Part shown: positions 12,680-25,800 of the stretch, one piece after another | Layout of the letters: each line of letters starts with the position of its first letter | Position numbering within the stretch: the stretch's first letter is position 1 | Source: Mobula hypostoma | Taxonomy: Eukaryota | Length of the DNA: 64,000 nucleotides | Direction of reading: 5' to 3' | Assembly (NCBI RefSeq): GCF_963921235.1 | Contig: NC_086101.1 | Span: 10,976,001 to 11,040,000, forward strand | The notes under the pieces: generated by a model | What the model saw: the letters and a program-made list of their open reading frames with translations, nothing else | What the model was told of the DNA's origin: nothing | The model's database searches: none | Program-made: the position numbers and the translations under genes

Positions 12680-13150
12680 GTTATAGCCAGGCCAGTTTGT
12701 GGGGATGAGCTCCCACTACCTATTTAATGTTCCCAATGGTGTGCATCTCAAATAGCCTCTGATAACCAAGTCCAGCTCCTGGCCTTCATGCCTGACAGAA
12801 CGGTTTCTACTGTCAGGAGAAGGGCCAAAAGCAGGTTACTGGCAGCTTAAAATGAGTCACTTTGAGTAGATGGGGCTTGTCAGTTGAGGCTGGCAGATCA
12901 TCTCGCAAAAGGAAAACTCTGACCTCAAACCTCCACTGTCTTGTGGCTATACCCAGTCTTGGGGATGGCTTCAGGAGTAAACCCTGAGGAAAAACCCAGA
13001 GTTAGACTCCTTCAACACCACTGATGCCAAACTGTATTGGTTTCTGATGTTCCTTTTGATGTGTCAGTTGTTTGGAGAACAAAAACCTGCTACATGAGCA
13101 ACAATTTACTCTCCATATCATACTGCCCTGACTTGTGTACCAGTTTATAT
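12680..13150 (+). mobile_element. Non-coding interspersed repeat, possibly an RTE-related non-autonomous element
   Basis: Interrupts a CR1. Contains ggcagatcatctcgcaaaaggaaaactctgacctcaaacc, which resembles RTE-type 5' UTR motifs (recognised from memory, unverified). Confidence 0.4.
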
Positions 13151-13905
13151 AATCATGTAAACAGCTCAGGTGCAATATCCATGTTTGACCCCAACCAATG
13201 GAAGGGTCTCATAAGATCAGCTCTCAGTCTCATATGCTCCAAGGAATAAAGTCCGAGACTGTGCAACCTCTCCCTATTACTCACTCCCTCTAGTCCCAGC
13301 AAGGTCCTTGTAAATAATTCTGCACACTTTCCAATCGCAGGGTGACCAAAACAGAACACAATACTTCCAAGTGCAGCCTCACCAGCATCCAATACACCTG
13401 CACTATGACCTTCTAACTTTTATACTGAGTACCCTGACCGATGAAGTTCAGTGTGCTAAAAGCCGCCTTTATCAACCCATGTGCCCGTGACTCCACTTTC
13501 TGGGGACCATGTACTTGACCTCCAAGGTCCACCTGTTCTCCAACACTCCTCCGGGCCCTATTGTTCACTATGTAAGACCTACCTTGATCTGATTTTCCAA
13601 AATGCAATAGCGAGCTCTTATAGAAACATAGAAACATAGAAAATAGGTGCAGGAGTAGGCCATTTGGCCCTTCGAGCCTGCACCGCCATTTATTATGATC
13701 ATGGCTAATCATCCAACTCAGAACCCCGCCCCAGCCTTCCCTCCATACCCCCTGACCCCCGTAGCCACAAGGGCCACATCTAACTCCCTCTTAAATATAG
13801 CCAATGAATTAAGTTCCTTCTGTTGTCCTTCAGCCCACTTATTCAGCAGATACATATCCTTCTGTAATTTTTGGTAACCTTTTTCACTGTTCACCATACC
13901 GATTA

Positions 13906-14698
13906 CACCTGAACAACAAAGGTTTTGTGTCTTGAATATCTTTGGGTGTATCTTATGGATTTTGAGCTGCTGATCATGAAATTCACCGTGAAATTTCCCT
14001 ATCATGCATCTTTTCTTGAAATCACCTATATTTGTTACTTTAATTCATAACTCAAGTCAGAATAACTGATGCCAAGATTAAGGAAGGCATTTTTGTTGGT
14101 CCACAAATCAAGCAGACTATCAATGACAGGCAATTTGAAGAACTCCTTGTGGGACCGGAGAAAATCACATGGAAGGCATTCAACAATGTTTTTGATTTTT
14201 TTTTTGGCAACTACAGAGCACCAAACTACATGCAGCCGGTTGACAACATGATTCAAGCATACAAAACCATGAAGTGAAACATGTCACTAAAGATTCCTTT
14301 TTTGCATTCCCATTTAGAATGCTTCCCTGCAAATCTTGGTGCTGTCAATGTGGTGAAAGGTTTTACCAGGATATTGCGGTCATGGAGAAACAGTATCAGG
14401 GCAACTGGAATCCATCAATACTGGCTGATTATTGTTGGACACATAAGTGAGAAACCTCAGACACTGACTAGAAATGAAAATAATCAACAAAACATTTTAG
14501 CATAGTTGAACTTTTGCAAAGCGTCAGCACCATTATGTAATTAAATGTATTAGTCAATAAAAGATAATTTCTTGTTTCTCCAAATTCCTGCATGATGCCA
14601 GAATCTGAAATTATATTTGAGTTCAACATCATGTGGTCTATCATACACAATCAAATATCTGATGAAGCAACATTTTCATAACAATTTGCTGTCCAGTA
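13906..14698 (+). mobile_element. Chapaev (CMC, Chapaev3-like) DNA transposon, internally deleted
   Basis: Transposase C-terminal motifs KIKEGIFVGPQIK, MSLKI.FLHSHL..FPANLGAV, GERF.QDI..ME..YQG.W and LADYCW. Imperfect TIRs cacctgaacaacaaa / tttgctgtccagta. Confidence 0.75.
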
Positions 14699-15745
14699 TT
14701 ATTTTCATGTCAAACTTACTAACGATTTCTTGTTTCCTGTATCGAAGAAAAGGTGAATGAGCTCAGGGCATGGATCAACACCCAGAATTATGATAATAAA
14801 ACAATGAGACATAGGAGCAGAATTTGGCCATTTAGCCCATCAAGTCTGCTCCACCATTCAATCATGGCCATCCTTTTCTCCCCTCCTCAACCCCATTTCC
14901 CAGCCTTCTCCCCGTAACCTTTGATGCCATGTCCGATCAAGAACCTATCAATCTCTGCCTTAAATACACCCAATGTCCTGGCCAGTAATGAGACTCAGGT
15001 ACAGGAGGGACAGGACTGGCAGCTCAGTATTCCAGGGGTCCATTGTTTCAGACATGACAGAGCGGGAGAGATTAAAGGAGGAGGGGTGGCATTACTAGTC
15101 AGGGAAAATATCATGACAGTGCTCCGTCAGGATAGACTGGAGATCTCGTCTAGTGAGATGTCATGGGTGGAACTGAGAAATAAGAAAGGTTTGACCATGT
15201 TAATGGGGCTATATTACAGACCATACAACAAGCCTAGGGATTTAAAGCAACAAACTTGTGAAGAGATTGCAGACTGTTGCAAGAAACACAAGGTTGTTAT
15301 AGTTAGTGATTTTAACTTTCAACATATTGACTAGGAATCCTATACTATAACAGGATTTGATGGGATAGAGTTTGTCAAATGTGGTTATCCCAGACATCCC
15401 ACCCTGCAAAACATCATTTCAGGGAGGTAGCACCATCAATTTGTGGGAGACTCCTGGAACTTCTGGGAGAGGTGGGATGTCTGCAATAAAGTTGCTCCTT
15501 AGCAGCTAGCCAGCTAGTTTAAATAACGTTAGCTATGCTAATGAACAAATGAGACCTGTTAAACTCACCTCAACATGTCTTTTATAGTCTTAACACACCA
15601 TGTGCAATAGTAAAGTCACTGTTGCAAACAGTGCAGCCAGCAACACTGTCATTAATTTTGACCCCTATTAGGCAGGGGTACACTTTAGTGTAGTCTGGGG
15701 TGATGTACATTTAATGTTTTCTTTTTTTGGAATGCTCTGCCCTCT

Positions 15746-15780
15746 CTATCTATATATCTATATATATATATCTATATATA

Positions 15781-15812
<32 letters not shown>
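15746..15812. repeat. Compound (TA)n/(TC)n microsatellite
   Basis: Seen directly in the sequence. Confidence 0.95.
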
Positions 15813-15815
<3 letters not shown>

Positions 15816-16698
15816 GAAATTCAAAATTGGAGAAAGGCCAACTTTCATGTCATCAGAAATGATCTGGCAAATGTGGATTCGGACTGGCTGTTTTCTGGCA
15901 CAGGTGTACTTTGAAAGTGGAGGCTTTCAAACCCAAATTTTGAGAGTAAAAAGATTGTGCTTGACCGGAAGAATGAAAGTGTGTGGAAAGTGTACAGGTG
16001 TATGGAACCTTAGTTTTCAACAGATATTGAGGCCCTGGTTAAGAGAGAAAAGAAGATGCATAACAGGAAGAGGCAGGAAGAAACATATAAGGTGCTTATG
16101 GAGGACATAAAATGCAAGGAAACACTTAAGTAAGAAATCAGTAAGGCTAAATGAAAGCATGAAGTTGCTCTAGCAGACAATGTGAAGGAGGGTTCTACAG
16201 GTATGTTAAGTGCAAAAGGACTGCTAGGGACAAAATTGGTCCACTGGAAGATCAGAATGTTAGGTAATCCGTGTGTGGGATCAAAACACATGGGGGAAAT
16301 CTTAAATTAATTGTTTGCATCTGTATTTACTCAGGAGACGGATGCAGAGTCTTTAGAAGTAAGGCAAAGCAGCATCAACTTCATGGACCATGCCCAGATT
16401 ACAGAGGAGGAGGTGTTTGCTACCCTGACGCAAATCCGGGTGGATAAATTCCTAGGGCCTGTCAAGGTGTTCCCTCGGACCCTACAAGAGGTGTGCAGAA
16501 ATGGCTGGGGTCCCAGCAGAGATATTTAAACCATCCTTTGCAAAAGGAGCGGTACCAAAGGATTGAAGAAAAGCCAAAGTTGTTCTGTTGTTTTAAACAG
16601 GCTCTGAACACAAACAAGGAAATTTTAGACCAGTGAGTCTGACATTAGTTGTGGGAAAGTTATTGGAAGATATTGTAAGGGACCAGTTATATAAGTAC

Positions 16699-18886
16699 AG
16701 TGCCTATAAAAGTATTCACCCCCCCCCCCGAAGATATAATATTTTATTGTTTCACGGCATTGAATCAGAGTTGATTTAATTTGACATATTTTAACACTGA
16801 TCAACAGGAAAAGACTCTTCTGTGTCAACGTGAAAGTAGATCACGACAAAAGTTCAAAGTTAATTACAAATATAAAACACAGAATAATTGATTACATAAG
16901 TATTCACCCGCTTTCATGAGACACACCAAATCATTACTGGTGCAGCAAATTGGCTTTAGAAGTTACATAATTAGTTAAATAGAGATCTGCTTTTGGAGAC
17001 CTGTGTGCAGTCAAGGTGTTTCGATGTACAGTAGTAAAAATACACCTGTATCTGGGACCAACTGCTGGTGTCAGTATCCTGGCAAAACTACACCATGAAG
17101 ACAAAAGAACACTCCAAGCAACTCTGCAAAAAGGTTATTGAAAAGCACAAGTTAGGAGATGAATACAGGAACATTTCCAAGTCACAGAATATCCCTTGGA
17201 GTGCAGTTAAGTCGATTATCAAGAAATGGAAAGAATATGGCACTGCTGTAAATCTGCCGTCCTCAATGTTGCAAAAACAAAGGAGCTGGTTTTGGTCCAC
17301 AGGAGGAATGGAGACAGGCTAGCTCCTATTGACATCAATGGATCTGGGATTGTGAGGGCGAACAGCTTTAAGTTCCTCGGCATGCACATCACCGAGGAGC
17401 TCACGTAGTCTGTACTTTCCGGCTGTGTGGTGAAAAAAGCAAAACAGCGCATCTTTTACCTCAGATGGTTGAATAAGTTTGGTATGGGCCCCCAAATCCT
17501 AAAAATTTTCTACAGCGGCACAATTGAGAGCATCCTGACTGGCTGCATCACTGCCTGGTATGGGAACTGTACTTCCCTCAATCACAGGGCTCTGCAGAGA
17601 GTGTTGCGGACAGCCCAGAGCATCTGTAGATATGAACTTCCCACTATTCAGGATATTTACAAAGACAGATGTGTGAAAAGAGCCTGAAGGATCATTGGGG
17701 ACCTGAATCACCCCAACCACAAGCCGTCCCAGCTGCTACCATCCGGGAAACAGTACCGCTGCCTAAAAGCCAGGACCAACAGACTCCCAGTCAGCTTCTT
17801 CCAGCCCGCTATCAGACTGATTAATTCATGCTAATACAATTCTGTTTCTATGTTCTATTGACTGTCCTGTTGTACAGAATATTTGTTATAAATTACTACA
17901 AATTGCACATTGCACATTCAGTCGGAGACATAACGTAGAGATTTTTAGTCCTCATGAAGGATGTAAGTAATAAAGTCAATTAAATTCAATTCAGTTCAAA
18001 AACTCAATGACCGTGCAAGAAGAGGAGGAGTGAGGGAGGCCACCAAGACACCGATGACAACTCTGGAGGAGTTACAAGCTTCAGTGGCTGAGATGGGAGA
18101 GACTGCGCATACAACTACTGTTGCCCGGGTGCTTCACCAGTCGTAGCTTCATGGGACAGTGGCAAAGTGAAAGCCACTGTTGAAAAAAACTCACATGAAA
18201 TCTTGTCTGGAGTTTGCTGGAAGATATGTGCGAGAACCTGAAGTCAGGTGGAAGAAGGTGCTATGGTCTGATGAAACCAAAATTGAGCTTTTTGGCCATC
18301 AGACTAAACACACCATCCCTACCGTGAAGCATGGTGGTGGCTGCATCATTCTGTGGGGATGCTTCACTGCAGCAGGCCCTGGAAGGATTGTGCAGGAAGA
18401 GGGTGAAATGAATGCAGCAAAATACAAGGAAATCCTGGAGGAAAATCTGATGCCGTCTACAAGAGAACTGCGACTTGGGAGATTTGTTTTTCACTAAGAC
18501 AATGACCCCAAGCATAAAGCCAAAGCTCAGGAATAGCTTAAAAAACAGCAAAGTGAATGTCCTCAAGTGGCCAAGTCAGAGTCTAGACCGCAATTGAGAA
18601 TTTGTGGCTGGACTTGAAAATGGCTGTTCACTCACAATCACCATGCATTCTGACAGAGCTTGAGCAGTTTTGAAGGGGGAGGGTAATTGTGCAATCAATT
18701 ATTTTGTAATAATTGAAATAAATTTGGACCAACTTGTAGAAAATTGTCTTCACTTTACATGAAAGAGTCTTTGTTTTTGATCAGTGTCAAAGAAGCCAAA
18801 ATAAATCCACTGAGATTCAATGTCATAAAACAATAAAACATGAAAACTTCGGGGGGGGGGAGGGTGAATACTTTTTATAGACGCAG
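16699..18886 (+). mobile_element. Tc1-family DNA transposon, decayed, both TIRs present
   Basis: Left TIR cagtgcctataaaagtattcaccc after TA; right TIR gggtgaatactttttatag. Transposase remnants MKTKEHSK..., VLWSDETKIELFG, PTVKHGGG, DNDPKH, WPSQS. Confidence 0.9.
17259..17995 (+). mobile_element. Rex1/Babar LINE 3' fragment inserted in the Tc1 transposase
   Basis: LNVAKTKELV, FKFLGMHIT, KKAKQRIFYLR, IESILTGCITAWYGN; aataaa followed by a (caatt)-type tail. Confidence 0.85.
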
Positions 18887-18901
18887 TTTTTGGATAGACA
18901 T

Positions 18902-19818
18902 TGAAACATAGAAACATAGAAAATAGGTGCAGGAGTAGGCCATTCGGCCCTTCGAGCCTGCACCGCCATTTATTATGATCATGGCTGATCATCCAACTCA
19001 GAACCCCGCCCCAGCCTTCCCTCCATACCCCCTGACCCCTGTAGCCACAAGGGCCATATCTAACTCCCTCTTAAACATAGCCAATGAACTGGCCTCAACA
19101 GTTTGCTGTGGCAGAGAATTCCACAGATTCACCACTCTCTGTGTGAAGAAGTTTTTCCTAATCTCGGTCCTAAAAGGCTTCCCCTCTATCCTCAAACTGT
19201 GACCCCTCGTTCTGGACTTCCCCAACATCGGGAACAATCTTCCTGCATCTAGCCTGTCCAATCCCTTTAGGATCTTATACGTTTCAATCAGATCCCCCCT
19301 CAATCTTCTAAATTCCAACGAGTACAAGCCCAGTTCATCCAGTCTTTCTTCATATGAAAGTCCTGCCATCCCAGGAATCAATCTGGTGAACATTCTTTGT
19401 ACTCCCTCTATGGCAAAGATGTCTTTCCTCAGATTAGGGGACCAAAACTGCACACAATACTCCAGGTGTGGTCTCACCAAGGCCTTGTACAACTGCAGTA
19501 GTACCTCCCTGCTCCTGTACTCGAATCCTCTCGCTATAAATGCCAGCATACCATTCGCCTTTTTCACCGCCTGCTGTACCTGCATGCCCACTTTCAATGA
19601 CTGGTGTATAATGACACCCAGGTCTCGTTGCACCTCCCCTTTTCCTAATCGGCCACCATTCAGATAATAATCTGTTTTCCTATTTTTGCCACCAAAGTGG
19701 ATAACTTCACATTTATCCACATTAAATTGCATCTGCCATGAATTTGCCCACTCACCCAACCTATCCAAGTCACCCTGCATCCTCTTAGCATCCTCCTCAC
19801 AGCTAACACTGCCACCCA
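18902..19818 (-). mobile_element. Young 5'-truncated CR1 with an uninterrupted 273-aa RT C-terminal frame
   Basis: ORF 18998-19819 has no stops; (tttctatg)n tail; imperfect TSD agacattgaa / agacatagaa. Confidence 0.92.
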
Positions 19819-21141
19819 AGACATAGAATGATTAAGGATAGAATGGCTTCATGCGCGGTCAGGCACGTCTAACCAATCTGATTGAGTTGTTCAAGGAAAA
19901 TTGATGAAGGCAGTGCTGTTGATGTTGACCACATGGACTTTCGTAAGGCATTTGACAAGGGCCCACATAAGAGGCTAATCAAGAAGGTTCAGTCGCTCGG
20001 CATTCAGGATGAGGTAGTAAATTGGATCAGACATTGGCTTTATGGGAGAAGCCAGAGAGTGGTAGTAGAGGGTTGCCTCTCTGACTGGAGGTCTGTGACT
20101 AGTGGTGTGCCACCAAATCGGTGCTGGGTTGTTTGCTGTTTGCCATCTACAGTATATCAATGATAATCTGGTGAACTGGATGAGCAAATTTACGGATCAC
20201 ACCCAGACTGGGTGTGTAGTGGACTATCATGAGTTGCAGGGAGATTTGCGTCAGCTGGGGAAATTCACTGAAAAATGGCAGAGGGAATTTATTGCAGGGA
20301 AGTATATTTTGCACTTCAGTAGGACCAACCAGGAGGTAGCTTTTACACAGCGGACGGAAGGGCATTGAGGAGTGTGGCAGAACAAAGGGATCTGGGAATA
20401 CAGGTACATAATTTGTTGAAAGTTGTGTCACAGGTAGATAGAGCCATAAAGAAAGCTTCTGCAACACTGGCCTTCAGCCATCAATGTATTCAGTACAGGA
20501 GATGAGATGTTATGTTGAAAATGTTTAAGGCGTTGGTGAGGCTTAATTTGGAATATTGTGTGCATTTTGGTCACCTACTTGCAGGAAAGATGTAAAAAAT
20601 ATTTGAAAGAGTACAGAGAAAATTCACAAGGATGTTGCCACATCTGGAGGACCCAAATTATAAAGAAAGATGGGATAGGTAAGTACTGTATTCTTTAGAA
20701 CACAGAAGATTGAGATGAGATTTGATTGAGGTGTACAAATTATGAGGGGTATAGACAAAGTTAATGCAGGTGTGCTTTTTCCAGCGGTTAGGTGGGACTA
20801 CAACCAAATATCATGGGTTCAGGGTGAAAGGTAAGAAGTTGAAGAACATGAGGGGAAACTTCCACATTCAGAGGGTCGTGAGATTTTGGAATGAGCAGCC
20901 AACACAAGTGGTGCATGCGATAACAATTACAATGTTTAAGAAAAGTTTGGATAGGTACATGTATAGTAGGGATACAGAGGGCTATTGTCCCAGTGCAGGT
21001 TGATGTAAGAAGGCAATTTAAATATTTTAGCATGCACTGGATGGGCCAAAAGACCTGCTTCTGTGCTGTACTTCTCTGTGACTCTATAATGTAGGGGAGC
21101 AAATTTGTAGACAGATTGCAGACTGTTGCAAGAAACAAATA

Positions 21142-22495
21142 GAGACATAGAAGCATAGAAAACCTGCAGCACAATACAGGCCCTTCGGCCCACAAGGTTG
21201 TGCTGAACATGTCCCTATTTTAGAAACTACTAGGGTGACCCATAGCCCTCTATTTTCCTAAGCTCCATGTACCTATCCAAAAGTCTCTTAAAAAACCCTA
21301 TCATATCCGCCTCCACTACCGTTGCCAGCAGCCCATTCCACACACTCACCACTCTCTGTGTAAAAAACTTAACCCGAGATCTCCTCTGTACCTACTCCCA
21401 AGCACCTTAAAACTGTGCCCTCTTGTGGCAGCCATTTCAGCCCAGAAAAAAGCCTTCGACTATCCACGGGATCACTTTCATCATCTTATACACCTCTATG
21501 AGGTCACATCTCATCCTACGTCGCTCCAAGGAGAAAAGGCCGAGTTCACTCAACCTGCTTTCATACAGCATGCTCCCCAATCCAGGCAACATCCTTGTAA
21601 ATCTCCTTCCTCTGCACCCTTTCTATGATTTCCACATCCTTCCTGTAGTGAGGCGACCAGAACTGAGCACAGTACTCCAAGTGGGGTCTGACCAGGGTCC
21701 TATTTATCTGCAATATTGCCTCTCGCCTCTTAAATTCAATTCCACAATTGATGAAGGCCAATACACCGTATGCTTTCTTAACCACAGAGTCAACCTGCAC
21801 AGCTGCTTTGAGCGTCCTATGGACTCCGACCCCAAGATCCTTCGGAACCTCCACACTGCCAAGAGTCTTACAATTAATACTATGTTCTGCCATCATATTT
21901 GACCAATTAAAATGAATGACTTCACACTTATCTGGGTTGAATTCCATCTGCCACTTCTCAGCCCAGTTTTGCATCCTATCAATGTCCCACTGCAACCCCT
22001 GACAGCCCTCCACACTATCCACACAACACCTCCAACCTTTGTGTCATCAGCAAACTTACTAACCCATCCCTCCACTTCTTCATCAAGTCATTTATAAAAA
22101 TCACAAAGAGTAGGGGTCCCAGAACAGATCCCTGAGGCACACCACTGGTCACCGACCTCCATGCAGAATATGACCCATCTACAACCACTGTTTGCCTTCT
22201 GTGCGTAAGCCAGTTCTGGATCCAGAAAGCAATGTCCCCTTGGATCCCATGCCTCCTTACTTTCTCAATAAGCCTTGCATAGGGTACCTTATCAAATGCC
22301 TTTCAGAAATCCATAAACACTACATCTACTGCTCTTCCTTCATCAATGTGTTTAGTCGCATCCTTAAAAAATTCAATCAGGTTTGTAAGGCATGACCTGC
22401 CCTTGACAAAGCCATGCTGACTATTCCTAATCATATTATACCTCTCCAAATGTTCATAAATCCTGCCTCCCAGGATATTCTCCATCAACTTTCCA
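21142..22495 (-). mobile_element. CR1 LINE 3' fragment
   Basis: [33 protein letters not shown]; tail present. Confidence 0.9.
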
Positions 22496-22861
22496 ACTAA
22501 ATGGTTGTGATAGTAGGTGATTTTAACTTTCCTCGTATTGACTGGGACTCCCATACTGTACAACAGCTGGATGGGAAATTTTTTATCAAATGTGCTCAAG
22601 AAAGTTTCCTTAATCACTGCATGGAAGTTCAACAGAGAGTGTGTGATACTTGATCTGTTATTAGGGAATGAGACAGGGCAGGTGACAGAAGTTTCTGCAG
22701 GGGAACACTTTGCATCCAGTAATCATAATACCATTAGTCTCAAAGTAATTATGGAAGAGGATAGGTCTGATCCTTTAATTGAAATTCCAAAATGTAGAAA
22801 GACCAATTTTGGTGGTGTCAAAAAGGATCTGGCAAGTGCCGATTGTGACAGAATATTACTG

Positions 22862-25800
22862 CCTTAAATTTTGTAGTTTTTTTTTAAATTTTATTCTGTT
22901 TTGCTTTTTATAATCATTTTATGTTAATAATCCTATTTTTTTTGTTGCTGTGTCTATTCATGAGTTTGAGGTTTATTGTGGGTTTTTTTAATATATACTT
23001 TCCGGCTTTTGTTCTGTTCTGTGTGTATTTTAATTGAGCTAACTTTTTTTTTACTTATTTTTTTACTGTTTTACAATTAGCTGATCCTTTTCATATTTAT
23101 ACCTTTTTTTTAGGGAGCGTATACCGGAAGTCATGGGGGTAGTTTTAGCGCTTGCTTCTTTCTGGCGGGTCTGCTTTAGATTTCGCCTTGGGGTCTTGGG
23201 GTGGGGGGGGGGGGGCGGGGCTTCACGTTTTAGTTTGTTTCTCTTTGGGCTATATACATTATTGAAGTATTGGTTGCGTCCTTTTCCCCGGTATCTTTTG
23301 TATGTTCTGTTTCCTCTCCGGGTTTGTGGGTCGCGCCTATTGTCAATCCTCCTTGTTATGGGTTGACTTTAGGATTTATGGAGTCTATTATTAATTTTGT
23401 CTCCTGGAATACTAATGGTCTTAATCATCCTATTAAAAGGAAAAAAGTTTTTAAAGTGTTCCGGAGACTTAAAGCACAAATTTTATTTTTACAAGAGACC
23501 CATGTACGGAGGGGGGACAGACTACGTTTTTTCAAATTCTGGAAGGGACAACAATTTCATTCGAACTCCAATGCTAAGATTCGAGGCGTCTCTATTTTTA
23601 TAGACTCCTCAGTTACTTTTATACAACAGGATATTATCTCTGATCCGAATGGTAGATTTTTATTGGTTAGTGGTTTACTATTTAATAAAAAAGTAGTTTT
23701 GGTTAATGTTTATGCTCCTAATATGGATTGTCCGGAATTTTATAAATCATTGTTTGATCAGTTTCCGAATTTGAACGAGTTTTCATTGATTTGGGGCGGA
23801 GATCTTAATACCTGTTTATCTCCAGCTTTGGACCGTTCGGCTCCTTTACGGACTTTACCTAATAAATCTGCAAATTTGATTAATTTTTTCCTTTCTGATT
23901 CTGGGTCGACGGACATTTGGCGTTTTCTGCATCCTCAGGAAAAAGATTTTTCCTTCTTTTCACATGTTCATCATTCCTATTCAAGAATTGATTATTTTTT
24001 CATTGATTCTCGTCTCATTCCTTCAGTGATTAAATGTGATTATGATTCTATAACCATTTCGGATCATGCTCCACTTAAGCTTTCTATTAAAATTATGGCC
24101 AATATACCAAACAATAGACAATGGCGTTTTAATTCGCTGTTGCTTCAGGACTCGGACTTTGTTAATTTTATGAATGAACAGATTGAGCTTTTTTTTACAA
24201 TTAACCATACAGAAGATATTTCGGTTAACACTCTTTGGGACACTTTTAAAGCCTATATTCGGGGTCAGATTATTTCGTATTCCGTTGCTTTGAGGAAGAA
24301 ACAGAAGCAGGAGGAGATGGCAATTGTGGACAAGATTAAAGAAATTGATAAGAAATATGTTATGGCTCCTTCTGAGGAGCTATACAAACAAAGAACTGAA
24401 CTTCAAATGGAACACAGTTTACTACTCTCGTCCTCGATTGTAAACCAATTAAAGAAAACAAGAAGTGATTTTTATGTTCACAGTGATAAAATTGGCAAGC
24501 TGCTGGCTAATCAATTGAAATCTAATTATGTTAAATCTCAAATCAATCAGATTTATAACCAAAATGATCGATTGATATTGGATCATGTGGGGATTAATCA
24601 AACCTTTTGTGATTTTTATTCTTCTTTATATCAATCAGAGTCTCCTCGAGATTCTAAATATATGAATGATTTTTTAGATAAGTTAGACTTCCCTCAGATT
24701 TCACAGGATATGTCTTCTTTATTAGATACTTCCATTACAATGGATGAGATTAAGAATGTTATTTTTTCTATGAATCTGGGGAAAGCTCCTGGCCCTGATG
24801 GGTTTACCGTTGAATTTTATAAATGTTTTGCTTCTTTATTGATTCCTTGGCTCTATAAGGTTTTTGAGGCTTCTTTGAAACTTGGTAAACTTCCGGAATC
24901 TTTTAATAGAGCATCAATTTCTTTAATACTAAAGAAGGATAAAGACCCTGCTCAATGTGCATCTTATAGACCAATATCTTTATTAAATGTTGATTCTAAA
25001 GTTTTTTCTAAGTTATTAGCAAATAGACTAGAAAAAGTACTTCCTTCTATTATTTCGGAAGACCAAACGGGTTTTATTAAAGGTCGTTACTCTTTTTATA
25101 ATATTCGTACATTGTTAAATATCGTTTATACTCCCTCACAAAATGTTCCTGAGTGTGTTATTTCTTTAGATGCCGAGAAAGCTTTTGATAGAGTAGAATG
25201 GCCTTATTTATTTAAGGTGCTTGAAATGTTTAATTTTAGCTTGAAATTTATATCCTGGATTAAACTGTTATATCACTCCCCTGTAGCCTCGGTTCGTACT
25301 AACTCCTTAAACTCACCTTTTTTTCCTCTCTTTCGTGGTACTCGACAAGGCTGTCCTCTTAGTCCCCTATTATTTGATATTGCATTAGAACCTCTTGCAA
25401 TTGCTATTCGAGAATCTTCAAATATTACTGGGATAACTCGGGGATTAAAGTCCCATAAATTATCACTCTATGCTGATGATTTACTTTTATATATTTCTAA
25501 TCCTGAGAGATCCATTCCTGCTGTTTTAGAGTTATTAGCACAATTTGGTCTTTTCTCAGGTTATAAATTAAATCTTAGTAAGAGTGAACTTTTTCCGATT
25601 AATAAACATCTTCCCTTATATTATAAATTTCCATTTAAATTGATTAATAATTACTTTTCATATCTTGGGATTAAAATTACTTGTAAACATAAAGATTTAT
25701 TTAAGACTAACTTTTTACCATTAATAGACCATATTACTCAACTTTCATCTAAATGGTTTCCCTTATATTTAACTTTGATTGGTCGTATTAATGCAGTTAA

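Larger units (their letters stand above)
14985..21090 (+). mobile_element. Old CR1 LINE fragmented by a MITE-like insert, Tc1 (with Rex1) and a young CR1
   Basis: EN motifs (QDWQLSIPG, IVSDFNF) at 14985-15380, linker 15814-16698, RT and 3' UTR 19820-21090. Removing the inserts restores colinear CR1 sequence. Confidence 0.75.
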
